Source: Eledone cirrhosa (lineage: Eukaryota). From it: DNA of 64,000 bases. The notes below the pieces were generated by a model. The model was not told where the DNA came from, did not search any database, and was given only the letters and a program-made list of their open reading frames with translations. Within the stretch, counting starts at the first letter, position 1; each line of letters opens with the position of its first letter. The stretch covers positions 26,102,001-26,166,000 of the forward strand of contig OZ024763.1 in NCBI GenBank assembly GCA_964016885.1. The letters run 5' to 3'. Made by a program: the position numbers and the translations under genes. This document shows positions 1 to 15,000 of the stretch, piece by piece.

Positions 1-3000
1 CTCCAGTCCACTGTATCCTTGAACAAGACACTTTATTACACGTTGCTCCAGTCCACTGTATCCTTGAACAAGACACTTTATTACACGTTGCTCCATCCAC
101 TGTATCCTTGAGCAAGACTCTTTATATCACGTTGCTCCAGTCCACTGTATCCTTGAACAAGACACTTTATTACACGTTGCTCCATCCACTGTATCCTTGA
201 ACAAGACACTTTATTACACGTTGCTCCATCCACTGTATCCTTGAGCAAGACACTTTATTTCACGTTGTTCCAGTCCACTGTATCCTTGAACAAGACACTT
301 TATTACACGTTGCTCCAGTCCACTTTATCCTTGAACAAGACACTTTATTACACGTTGCTCCAGTCCACTGCATCCTTGAACAAGACACTTTATTTCACGT
401 TGCTCCAGTCCACTGTATCCTTGAGCAAGACACATTATTTCACGTTGATCCAGTCCACTGTATCCTTGAACAAGACACTTTATTTCACGTTACTCCAGTC
501 CACTGTATCCTTGAACAAGACACTTTATTACACGTTGCTCCAGTCCACTTTATCCTTGAACAAGACACTTTATTACACGTTGCTCCAGTCCACTGCATCC
601 TTGAACAAGACACTTTATTTCACGTTGCTCCAGTCCACTGTATCCTTGAGCAAGACACTTTATTTCACGTTGATCCAGTCCACTGTATCCTTGAACAAGA
701 CACTTTATTTCACGTTACTCCAGTCCACTGTATCCTTGAACAAGACACTTTATTTCACGTTACTCCAGTCCACTGTATCCTTGAGCAAGACACTTTATTT
801 CACGTTACTCCAGTCCACTGTATCCTTGAGCAAGACACTTTATTTCACGTTGCTCCAGTCCACTGTATCCTTGAACAAGACACTTTATTTCACGTTACTC
901 CAGTCCACTGTATCCTTGAACAAGACACTTTATTTCACGTTGCTCCACCCACTGTATCCTTGAACAAGACACTTTATTACACGTTGCTCCATCCACTGTA
1001 TCCTTGAACAAGACACTTTATTTCACGTTACTCCAGTCCACTGTATCCTTGAACAAGACACTTTATTTCACGTTACTCGAGTCCACTGTATCCTTGAACA
1101 AGACACTTTATTTCACGTTGCTCCATCCACTGTATCCTTGAACAAGACACTTTATTTCACGTTACTCCAGTCCACTGTATCCTTGAACAAGACACTTTAT
1201 TTCACGTTACTCCAGTCCACTGTATCCTTGAACAAGACACTTTATTTCACGTTGCTCCATCCACTGTATCCTTGTACAAGACACTTTATTACACGTTGTT
1301 CCAGTCCACTGTATCCTTGAACAAGAGACTTTATTACACGTTGCTCCAGTCCACTGTATCCTTGAACAAGACACTTTATTACACGTTGCTCCATCCACTG
1401 TATCCTTGAACAAGACACTTTATTACACGTTGCTCCAGTCCACTGTATCCTTGAACAAGACACTTTATTTCACGTTGCTCCAGTCCACTGTATCCTTGAA
1501 CAAGACACTTTATTTCACGTTGCTCCAGTCCACTGTATCCTTGAACAAGACACTTTATTTCACGTTGCTCCAGTCCACTGTATCCTTGAACCTAGACACT
1601 TTATTTCACGTTGTTCCAGTCCACTGTATCCTTGAACAAGACACTTCATTACACGTTGCTCCAGTCCACTGTATCCTTGAACAAGACACTTTATTACACG
1701 TTGCTCCATCCACTGTATCCTTGAACAAGACACTTTATTACACGTTGCTCCATCCACTGTATCCTTGAACAAGACACTTTATTTCACGTTGCTCCAGTCC
1801 ACTGTATCCTTGAACAAGACACTTTATTTCACGTTGCTCCAGTCCACTGTATCCTTGAACAAGACACTTTATTACACATTGCTCCATCCACTGTATCCTT
1901 GAACAAGACACTTTATTACACGTTGCTCCAGTCCACTGTATCCTTGAACAAGACACTTTATTACACGTTGCTCCATCCACTGTATCCTTGAACAAGACAC
2001 TTTATTACACGTTGCTCCATCCACTGTATCCTTGAACAAGACACTTTATTTCACGTTGCTCCAGTCCACTGTATCCTTGAACAAGACACTTTATTTCACG
2101 TTGCTCCAGTCCACTGTATCCTTGAACAAGACACTTTATTTCACGTTGCTCCATCCACTGTATCCTTGAACAAGACACTTTATTACACGTTGCTCCATCC
2201 ACTGTATCCTTGAACAAGACACTTTATTTCACGTTGCTCCAGTCCACTGTATCCTTGAACAAGACACTTTATTTCACGTTGCTCCATCCACTGTATCCTT
2301 GAACAAGACACTTTATTTCACGTTGCTCCAGTCCACTGTATCCTTGAACAAGACACTTTATTACACGTTGCTCCAGTCCACTGTATCCTTGAACAAGACA
2401 CTTTATTTCACGTTGCTCCAGTTCACTGTATCCTTGAACAAGACACTTTATTTCACGTTGCTCCATCCACTGTATCCTTGAACAAGACACTTTATTACAC
2501 GTTGCTCCATCCACTGTATCCTTGAACAAGACACTTTATTTCACGTTGCTCCAGTCCACTGTATCCTTGAACAAGACACTTTATTTCACGTTGCTCCATC
2601 CACTGTATCCTTGAACAAGACACTTTATTACACGTTGCTCCATCCACTGTATCCTTGAACAAGACACTTTATTACACGTTGCTCCATCCACTGTATTCTT
2701 GAACAAGACACTTTATTACACGTTGCTCCATCCACTGTATCCTTGAGCAAGACACTTTATTACACGTTGCTCCAGTCCACTGTATCCTTGAACAAGACAC
2801 TTTATTACACGTTGCTCCAGTCCACTGTATCCTTGAACAAGACACTTTATTACACGTTGCTCCAGTCCACTGTATCCTTGAACAAGACACTTTATTACAC
2901 GTTGCTCCATCCACTGTATCCTTGAGCAAGACTCTTTATATCACGTTGCTCCAGTCCACTGTATCCTTGAACAAGACACTTTATTACACGTTGCTCCATC

Positions 3001-6000
3001 CACTGTATCCTTGAACAAGACACTTTATTACACGTTGCTCCATCCACTGTATCCTTGAGCAAGACACTTTATTTCACGTTGTTCCAGTCCACTGTATCCT
3101 TGAACAAGACACTTTATTACACGTTGCTCCAGTCCACTTTATCCTTGAACAAGACACTTTATTACACGTTGCTCCAGTCCACTGCATCCTTGAACAAGAC
3201 ACTTTATTTCACGTTGCTCCAGTCCACTGTATCCTTGAGCAAGACACATTATTTCACGTTGATCCAGTCCACTGTATCCTTGAACAAGACACTTTATTTC
3301 ACGTTACTCCAGTCCACTGTATCCTTGAACAAGACACTTTATTACACGTTGCTCCAGTCCACTTTATCCTTGAACAAGACACTTTATTACACGTTGCTCC
3401 AGTCCACTGCATCCTTGAACAAGACACTTTATTTCACGTTGCTCCAGTCCAATGTATCCTTGAGCAAGACACTTTATTTCACGTTGATCCAGTCCACTGT
3501 ATCCTTGAACAAGACACTTTATTTCACGTTACTCCAGTCCACTGTATCCTTGAACAAGACACTTTATTTCACGTTACTCCAGTCCACTGTATCCTTGAGC
3601 AAGACACTTTATTTCACGTTACTCCAGTCCACTGTATCCTTGAGCAAGACACTTTATTTCACGTTGCTCCAGTCCACTGTATCCTTGAACAAGACACTTT
3701 ATTTCACGTTACTCCAGTCCACTGTATCCTTGAACAAGACACTTTATTTCACGTTGCTCCACCCACTGTATCCTTGAACAAGACACTTTATTACACGTTG
3801 CTCCATCCACTGTATCCTTGAACAAGACACTTTATTTCACGTTACTCCAGTCCACTGTATCCTTGAACAAGACACTTTATTTCACGTTACTCCAGTCCAC
3901 TGTATCCTTGAACAAGACACTTTATTTCACGTTGCTCCATCCACTGTATCCTTGAACAAGACACTTTATTTCACGTTACTCCAGTCCACTGTATCCTTGA
4001 ACAAGACACTTTATTTCACGTTACTCCAGTCCACTGTATCCTTGAACAAGACACTTTATTTCACGTTGCTCCATCCACTGTATCCTTGAACAAGACACTT
4101 TATTACACGTTGTTCCAGTCCACTGTATCCTTGAACAAGAGACTTTATTACACGTTGCTCCAGTCCACTGTATCCTTGAACAAGACACTTTATTACACGT
4201 TGCTCCATCCACTGTATCCTTGAACAAGACACTTTATTACACGTTGCTCCAGTCCACTGTATCCTTGAACAAGACACTTTATTTCACGTTGCTCCAGTCC
4301 ACTGTATCCTTGAACAAGACACTTTATTTCACGTTGCTCCAGTCCACTGTATCCTTGAACAAGACACTTTATTTCACGTTACTCCAGTCCACTGTATCCT
4401 TGAACCTAGACACTTTATTTCAGGTTGTTCCAGTCCACTGTATCCTTGAACAAGACACTTTAATTCACGTTGCACCAGTCCACTGTATCCTTGAACAAGA
4501 CACTTTATTTCACGTTGCTCCATCCACTGTATCCTTGAACAAGACACTTTATTACACGTTGCTCCATCCACTGTATCCTTGAACAAGACACTTTATTTCA
4601 CGTTGCTCCAGTCCACTGTATCCTTGAACAAGACACTTTATTTCACGTTGCTCCAGTCCACTGTATCCTTGAACAAGACACTTTATTACACGTTGCTCCA
4701 GTCCACTGTATCCTTGAACAAGACACTTTATTACACGTTGCTCCAGTCCACTGTATCCTTGAACAAGACATTTATTACACGTTGCTCCAGTCCACTGTAT
4801 CCTTGAACAAGACACTTTATTACACGTTGCTCCAGTCCACTGTATCCTTGAACAAGACACTTTATTTCACGTTGATCCAGTCCACTGTATCCTTGAACAA
4901 GACACTTTATTTCACGTTACTCCAGTCCACTGTATCCTTGAACAAGACACTTTATTACACGTTGCTCCAGTCCACTTTATCCTTGAACAAGACACTTTAT
5001 TACACGTTGCTCCAGTCCACTGCATCCTTGAACAAGACACTTTATTTCACGTTGCTCCAGTCCACTGTATCCTTGAGCAAGACACTTTATTTCACGTTGA
5101 TCCAGTCCACTGTATCCTTGAACAAGACACTTTATTTCACGTTACTCCAGTCCACTGTATCCCTGAACAAGACACTTTATTACACGTTGCTCCAGTCCAC
5201 TGTATCCTTGAACAAGACATTTATTACACGTTGCTCCAGTCCACTGTATCCTTGAACAAGACATTTATTACACGTTGCTCCAGTCCACTTTATCCTTGAA
5301 CAAGACATTTTATTACACGTTGCTCCAGTCCACTGTATCCTTGAACAAGACACTTTATTACACGTTGCTCCAGTCCACTGTATCCTTGAACAAGACACTT
5401 TATTACACGTTGCTCCAGTCCACTGTATCCTTGAACAAGACATTTATTACACGTTGCTCCAGTCCACTGTATCCTTGAACAAGACACTTTATTACACGTT
5501 GCTCCAGTCCACTGTATCCTTGAACAAGACACTTTATTTCACGTTGATCCAGTCCACTGTATCCTTGAACAAGACACTTTATTTCACGTTGATCCAGTCC
5601 ACTGTATCCTTGAACAAGACACTTTATTTCACGTTACTCCAGTCCACTGTATCCTTGAACAAGACACTTTATTACACGTTGCTCCAGTCCACTGTATCCT
5701 TGAACAAGACACTTTATTACACGTTGCTCCAGTCCACTGCATCCTTGAACAAGACACTTTATTTCACGTTGCTCCAGTCCACTGTATCCTTGAGCAAGAC
5801 ACTTTATTTCACGTTGATCCAGTCCACTGTATCCTTGAACAAGACACTTTATTTCACGTTACTCCAGTCCACTGTATCCTTGAACAAGACACTTTATTAC
5901 ACGTTGCTCCAGTCCACTGTATCCTTGAACAAGACATTTATTACACGTTGCTCCAGTCCACTGTATCCTTGAACAAGACATTTATTACACGTTGCTCCAG

Positions 6001-9000
6001 TCCACTTTATCCTTGAACAAGACATTTTATTACACGTTGCTCCAGTCCACTGTATCCTTGAACAAGACACTTTATTACACGTTGCTCCAGTCCACTGTAT
6101 CCTTGAACAAGACACTTTATTACACGTTGCTCCAGTCCACTGTATCCTTGAACAAGACATTTATTACACGTTGCTCCAGTCCACTGTATCCTTGAACAAG
6201 ACACTTTATTACACGTTGCTCCAGTCCACTGTATCCTTGAGCAAGACACTTTAATTCACGTTACTCCAGTCCACTGTATCCTTGAGCAAGACACTTTATT
6301 ACACGTTGCTCCAGTCCACTTTATCCTTGAACAAGACACTTTATTACACGTTGCTCCAGTCCACTGTATCCTTGAGCAAGACACTTTATTACACGTTGCT
6401 CCAGTCCACTTTATCATTGAACAAGACACTTTATTACACGTTGCTCCAGTCCACTGCATCCTTGAACAAGACACTTTATTTCACGTTGCTCCAGTCCACT
6501 GTATCCTTGAGCAAGACACTTTATTTCACGTTGATCCAGTCCACTGTATCCTTGAACAAGACACTTTATTTCACGTTACTCCAGTCCACTGTATCCTTGA
6601 ACAAGACACTTTATTACACGTTGCTCCAGTCCACTTTATCCTTGAACAAGACACTTTATTACACGTTGCTCCAGTCCACTGCATCCTTGAACAAGACACT
6701 TTATTTCACGTTGCTCCAGTCCACTGTATCCTTGAGCAAGACACTTTATTTCACGTTGATCCAGTCCACTGTATCCTTGAACAAGACACTTTATTTCACG
6801 TTACTCCAGTCCACTGTATCCTTGAACAAGACACTTTATTTCACGTTACTCCAGTCCACTGTATCCTTGAGCAAGACACTTTATTTCACGTTACTCCAGT
6901 CCACTGTATCCTTGAACAAGACACTTTATTTCACGTTGCTCCACCCACTGTATCCTTGAACAAGACACTTTATTACACGTTGCTCCATCCACTGTATCCT
7001 TGAACAAGACACTTTATTTCACGTTACTCCAGTCCACTGTATCCTTGAACAAGACACTTTATTTCACGTTGCTCCATCCACTGTATCCTTGAACAAGACA
7101 CTTTATTACACGTTGTTCCAGTCCACTGTATCCTTGAACAAGAGACTTTATTACACGTTGCTCCAGTCCACTGTATCCTTGAACAAGACACTTTATTACA
7201 CGTTGCTCCATCCACTGTATCCTTGAACAAGACACTTTATTACACGTTGCTCCAGTCCACTGTATCCTTGAACAAGACACTTTATTTCACGTTGCTCCAG
7301 TCCACTGTATCCTTGAACAAGACACTTTATTTCACGTTGCTCCAGTCCACTGTATCCTTGAACAAGACACTTTATTTCACGTTACTCCAGTCCACTGTAT
7401 CCTTGAACAAGACACTTTATTTCACGTTGTTCCAGTCCACTGTATCCTTGAACAAGACACTTTATTACACGTTGCTCCATCCACTGTATCCTTGAACAAG
7501 ACACTTTATTTCACGTTGTTCCAGTCCACTGTATCCTTGAACAAGACACTTTATTTCACGTTGCTCCAGTCCACTGTATCCTTGAACAAGACACTTTATT
7601 TCACGTTACTCCAGTCCACTGTATCCTTGAACAAGACACTTTATTTCACGTTGTTCCAGTCCACTGTATCCTTGAACAAGACACTTTATTTCACGTTGCT
7701 CCAGTCCACTGTATCCTTGAACAAGACACTTTATTTCACGTTGCTCCATCCACTGTATCCTTGAACAAGACACTTTATTTCACGTTACTCCAGTCCACTG
7801 TATCCTTGAACAAGACACTTTATTTCACGTTGTTCCAGTCCACTGTATCCTTGAACAAGACACTTTATTTCACGTTGCTCCAGTCCACTGTATCCTTGAA
7901 CAAGACACTTTATTTCACGTTGCTCCAGTCCACTGTATCCTTGAACAAGACACTTTATTACACGTTGCTCCATCCACTGTATCCTTGAACAAGACACTTT
8001 ATTTCACGTTACTCCAGTCCACTGTATCCTTGAACAAGACACTTTATTTCACGTTGCTCCATCCACTGTATCCTTGAACAAGACACTTTATTACACGTTG
8101 CTCCATCCACTGTATCCTTGAACAAGACACTTTATTTCACGTTACTCCAGTCCACTGTATCCTTGAACAAGACACTTTATTTCACGTTGCTCCAGTCCAC
8201 TGTATCCTTGAACAAGACACTTTATTTCACGTTGCTCCAGTCCACTGTATCCTTGAACAAGACACTTCATTTCACGTTGCTCCAGTCCACTGTATCCTTG
8301 AACAAGACACTTTATTTCACGTTGCTCCAGTCCACTGTATCCTTGAACAAGACACTTTATTACACGTTGCTCCATCCACTGTATCCTTGAACAAGACACT
8401 TTATTTCACGTTGCTCCAGTCCACTGTATCCTTGAACAAGACACTTTATTTCACGTTGCTCCATCCACTGTATCCTTGAACAAGACACTTTATTACACGT
8501 TGCTCCATCCACTGTATCCTTGAACAAGACACTTTATTTCACGTTACTCCAGTCCACTGTATCCTTGAACAAGACACTTTATTTCACGTTACTCCAGTCC
8601 ACTGTATCCTTGAACAAGACACTTTATTTCACGTTGCTCCATCCACTGTATCCTTGAACAAGACACTTTATTTCACGTTACTCCAGTCCACTGTATCCTT
8701 GAACAAGACACTTTATTTCACGTTGCTCCATCCACTGTATCCTTGAACAAGACACTTTATTACACGTTGTTCCAGTCCACTGTATCCTTGAACAAGACAC
8801 TTTATTACACGTTGCTCCAGTCCACTGTATCCTTGAACAAGACACTTTATTACACGTTGTTCCAGTCCACTGTATCCTTGAACAAGACACTTTATTACAC
8901 GTTGCTCCATCCACTGTATCCTTGAACAAGACACTTTATTACACGTTGCTCCATCCACTGTATCCTTGAACAAGACACTTTATTACACGTTGCTCCATCC

Positions 9001-12000
9001 ACTGTATCCTTGAACAAGACACTTTATTACACGTTGTTCCAGTCCACTGTATCCTTGAACAAGACACTTTATTACACGTTGCTCCATCCACTGTATCCTT
9101 GAACAAGACACTTTATTACACGTTGCTCCAGTCCACTGTATCCTTGAACAAGACACTTTATTACACGTTGCTCCATCCACTGTATCCTTGAACAAGACAC
9201 TTTATTTCACGTTGCTCCAGTCCACTGTATCCTTGAACAAGACACTTTATTTCACGTTGCTCCAGTCCACTGTATCCTTGAACAAGACACTTTATTACAC
9301 ATTGCTCCATCCACTGTATCCTTGAACAAGACACTTTATTACACGTTGCTCCAGTCCACTGTATCCTTGAACAAGACACTTTATTACACGTTGCTCCATC
9401 CACTGTATCCTTGAACAAGACACTTTATTACACGTTGCTCCATCCACTGTATCCTTGAACAAGACACTTTATTTCACGTTGCTCCAGTCCACTGTATCCT
9501 TGAACAAGACACTTTATTTCACGTTGCTCCAGTCCACTGTATCCTTGAACAAGACACTTTATTTCACGTTGCTCCATCCACTGTATCCTTGAACAAGACA
9601 CTTTATTACACGTTGCTCCATCCACTGTATCCTTGAACAAGACACTTTATTTCACGTTGCTCCAGTCCACTGTATCCTTGAACAAGACACTTTATTTCAC
9701 GTTGCTCCATCCACTGTATCCTTGAACAAGACACTTTATTTCACGTTGCTCCAGTCCACTGTATCCTTGAACAAGACACTTTATTACACGTTGCTCCAGT
9801 CCACTGTATCCTTGAACAAGACACTTTATTTCACGTTGCTCCAGTTCACTGTATCCTTGAACAAGACACTTTATTTCACGTTGCTCCATCCACTGTATCC
9901 TTGAACAAGACACTTTATTACACGTTGCTCCATCCACTGTATCCTTGAACAAGACACTTTATTTCACGTTGCTCCAGTCCACTGTATCCTTGAACAAGAC
10001 ACTTTATTTCACGTTGCTCCATCCACTGTATCCTTGAACAAGACACTTTATTACACGTTGCTCCATCCACTGTATCCTTGAACAAGACACTTTATTACAC
10101 GTTGCTCCATCCACTGTATTCTTGAACAAGACACTTTATTACACGTTGCTCCATCTACTGTATCCTTGAGCAAGACACTTTATTACACGTTGCTCCAGTC
10201 CACTGTATCCTTGAACAAGACACTTTATTACACGTTGCTCCAGTCCACTGTATCCTTGAACAAGACACTTTATTACACGTTGCTCCAGTCCACTGTATCC
10301 TTGAACAAGACACTTTATTACACGTTGCTCCATCCACTGTATCCTTGAGCAAGACTCTTTATATCACGTTGCTCCAGTCCACTGTATCCTTGAACAAGAC
10401 ACTTTATTACACGTTGCTCCATCCACTGTATCCTTGAACAAGACACTTTATTACACGTTGCTCCATCCACTGTATCCTTGAGCAAGACACTTTATTTCAC
10501 GTTGTTCCAGTCCACTGTATCCTTGAACAAGACACTTTATTACACGTTGCTCCAGTCCACTGTATCCTTGAACAAGACACTTTATTTCACGTTGCTCCAG
10601 TCCACTGTATCCTTGAGCAAGACACTTTATTTCACGTTGCTCCAGTCCACTGTATCCTTGAACAAGACACTTTATTACACGTTGCTCCATCCACTGTATC
10701 CTTGAACAAGACACTTTATTTCACGTTACTCCAGTCCACTGTATCCTTGAACAAGACACTTTATTTCACGTTGCTCCATCCACTGTATCCTTGAACAAGA
10801 CACTTTATTTCACGTTGCTCCAGTCCACTGTATCCTTGAACAAGACACTTTATTTCACGTTACTCCAGTCCACTGTATCCTTGAACAAGACACTTTATTT
10901 CACGTTGCTCCACCCACTGTATCCTTGAACAAGACACTTTATTACACGTTGCTCCAGTCCACTGTATCCTTGAACAAGACACTTTATTTCACGTTGCTCC
11001 ATCCACAGTATCCTTGAACAAGACACTTTATTTCACGTTGCTCCAGTCCACTGTATCCTTGAACAAGACACTTTATTTCACGTTGCTCCACCCACTGTAT
11101 CCTTGAACAAGACACTTTATTACACGTTGCTCCATCCACTGTATCCTTGAACAAGACACTTTATTTCACGTTACTCCAGTCCACTGTATCCTTGAACAAG
11201 ACACTTTATTTCACGTTGCTCCATCCACTGTATCCTTGAACAAGACACTTTATTACACGTTGTTCCAGTCCACTGTATCCTTGAACAAGAGACTTTATTA
11301 CACGTTGCTCCAGTCCACTGTATCCTTGAACAAGACACTTTATTACACGTTGCTCCATCCACTGTATCCTTGAACAAGACACTTTATTACACGTTGCTCC
11401 AGTCCACTGTATCCTTGAACAAGACACTTTATTTCACGTTGCTCCAGTCCACTGTATCCTTGAACAAGACACTTTATTTCACGTTGCTCCAGTCCACTGT
11501 ATCCTTGAACAAGACACTTTATTACACGTTGCTCCATCCACTGTATCCTTGAACAAGACACTTTATTTCACGTTACTCCAGTCCACTGTATCCTTGAACA
11601 AGACACTTTATTTCACGTTGCTCCAGTCCACTGTATCCTTGAACAAGACACTTTATTTCACGTTACTCCAGTCCACTGTATCCTTGAACAAGACACTTTA
11701 TTTCACGTTGCTCCAGTCCACTGTATCCTTGAACAAGACACTTTATTTCACGTTGCTCCATCCACTGTATCCTTGAACAAGACACTTTATTTCACGTTAC
11801 TCCAGTCCACTGTATCCTTGAACAAGACACTTTATTTCACGTTACTCCAGTCCACTGTATCCTTGAACAAGACACTTTATTTCACGTTGCTCCATCCACT
11901 GTATCCTTGAACAAGACACTTTATTTCACGTTACTCCAGTCCACTGTATCCTTGAACAAGACACTTTATTTCACGTTGCTCCATCCACTGTATCCTTGAA

Positions 12001-15000
12001 CAAGACACTTTATTACACGTTGTTCCAGTCCACTGTATCCTTGAACAAGACACTTTATTACACGTTGCTCCATCCACTGTATCCTTGAGCAAGACACTTT
12101 ATTACACGTTGCTCCATCCACTGTATCCTTGAACAAGACACTTTATTACACGTTGCTCCATCCACTGTATCCTTGAACAAGACACTTTATTACACGTTGC
12201 TCCATCCACTGTATCCTTGAACAAGACACTTTATTACACGTTGTTCCAGTCCACTGTATCCTTGAACAAGACACTTTATTACACGTTGCTCCATCCACTG
12301 TATCCTTGAACAAGACACTTTATTACACGTTGCTCCAGTCCACTGTATCCTTGAACAAGACACTTTATTACACGTTGCTCCATCCACTGTATCCTCGAAC
12401 AAGACACTTTATTACACGTTGCTCCATCCACTGTATCCTTGAACAAGACACTTTATTTCACGTTGCTCCAGTCCACTGTATCCTTGAACAAGACACTTTA
12501 TTACACGTTGCTCCAGTCCACTGTATCCTTGAACAAGACACTTTATTACACGTTGCTCCATCCACTGTATCCTTGAACAAGACACTTTATTACACGTTGC
12601 TCCAGTCCACTGTATCCTTGAACAAGACACTTTATTACACGTTGCTCCATCCACTGTATCCTTGAACAAGACACTTTATTACACGTTGCTCCATCCACTG
12701 TATCCTTGAACAAGACACTTTATTTCACGTTGCTCCAGTCCACTGTATCCTTGAACAAGACACTTTATTTCACGTTGCTCCAGTCCACTGTATCCTTGAA
12801 CAAGACACTTTATTTCACGTTGCTCCATCCACTGTATCCTTGAACAAGACACTTTATTACACGTTGCTCCATCCACTGTATCCTTGAACAAGACACTTTA
12901 TTTCACGTTGCTCCAGTCCACTGTATCCTTGAACAAGACACTTTATTTCACGTTGCTCCATCCACTGTATCCTTGAACAAGACACTTTATTTCACGTTGC
13001 TCCAGTCCACTGTATCCTTGAACAAGACACTTTATTAAACGTTGCTCCAGTCCACTGTATCCTTGAACAAGACACTTTATTTCACGTTGCTCCAGTTCAC
13101 TGTATCCTTGAACAAGACACTTTATTTCACGTTGCTCCATCCACTGTATCCTTGAACAAGACACTTTATTACACGTTGCTCCATCCACTGTATCCTTGAA
13201 CAAGACACTTTATTTCACGTTGCTCCAGTCCACTGTATCCTTGAACAAGACACTTTATTTCACGTTGCTCCATCCACTGTATCCTTGAACAAGACACTTT
13301 ATTACACGTTGCTCCATCCACTGTATCCTTGAACAAGACACTTTATTACACGTTGCTCCATCCACTGTATTCTTGAACAAGACACTTTATTACACGTTGC
13401 TCCATCCACTGTATCCTTGAGCAAGACACTTTATTACACGTTGCTCCAGTCCACTGTATCCTTGAACAAGACACTTTATTACACGTTGCTCCAGTCCACT
13501 GTATCCTTGAACAAGACACTTTATTACACGTTGCTCCAGTCCACTGTATCCGTGAACAAGACACTTTATTACACGTTGCTCCATCCACTGTATCCTTGAG
13601 CAAGACTCTTTATATCACGTTGCTCCAGTCCACTGTATCCTTGAACAAGACACTTTATTACACGTTGCTCCATCCACTGTATCCTTGAACAAGACACTTT
13701 ATTACACGTTGCTCCATCCACTGTATCCTTGAACAAGACACTTTATTACACGTTGCTCCAGTCCACTGTATCCTTGAACAAGACACTTTATTTCACGTTG
13801 CTCCAGTCCACTGTATCCTTGAGCAAGACACTTTATTTCACGTTGCTCCAGTCCACTGTATCCTTGAACAAGACACTTTATTACACGTTGCTCCATCCAC
13901 TGTATCCTTGAACAAGACACTTTATTTCACGTTACTCCAGTCCACTGTATCCTTGAACAAGACACTTTATTTCACGTTGCTCCATCCACTGTATCCTTGA
14001 ACAAGACACTTTATTTCACGTTGCTCCAGTCCACTGTATCCTTGAACAAGACACTTTATTTCACGTTACTCCAGTCCACTGTATCCTTGAACAAGACACT
14101 TTATTTCACGTTGCTCCACCCACTGTATCCTTGAACAAGACACTTTATTACACGTTGCTCCAGTCCACTGTATCCTTGAACAAGACACTTTATTTCACGT
14201 TGCTCCATCCACAGTATCCTTGAACAAGACACTTTATTTCACGTTGCTCCAGTCCACTGTATCCTTGAACAAGACACTTTATTTCACGTTGCTCCACTCA
14301 CTGTATCCTTGAACAAGACACTTTATTACACGTTGCTCCATCCACTGTATCCTTGAACAAGACACTTTATTTCACGTTACTCCAGTCCACTGTATCCTTG
14401 AACAAGACACTTTATTTCACGTTGCTCCATCCACTGTATCCTTGAACAAGACACTTTATTACACGTTGTTCCAGTCCACTGTATCCTTGAACAAGAGACT
14501 TTATTACACGTTGCTCCAGTCCACTGTATCCTTGAACAAGACACTTTATTACACGTTGCTCCATCCACTGTATCCTTGAACAAGACACTTTATTACACGT
14601 TGCTCCAGTCCACTGTATCCTTGAACAAGACACTTTATTTCACGTTGCTCCAGTCCACTGTATCCTTGAACAAGACACTTTATTTCACGTTGCTCCAGTC
14701 CACTGTATCCTTGAACAAGACACTTTATTACACGTTGCTCCATCCACTGTATCCTTGAACAAGACACTTTATTTCACGTTACTCCAGTCCACTGTATCCT
14801 TGAACAAGACACTTTATTTCACGTTGCTCCAGTCCACTGTATCCTTGAACAAGACACTTTATTTCACGTTACTCCAGTCCACTGTATCCTTGAACAAGAC
14901 ACTTTATTTCACGTTGCTCCAGTCCACTGTATCCTTGAACAAGACACTTTATTTCACGTTGCTCCATCCACTGTATCCTTGAACAAGACACTTTATTACA

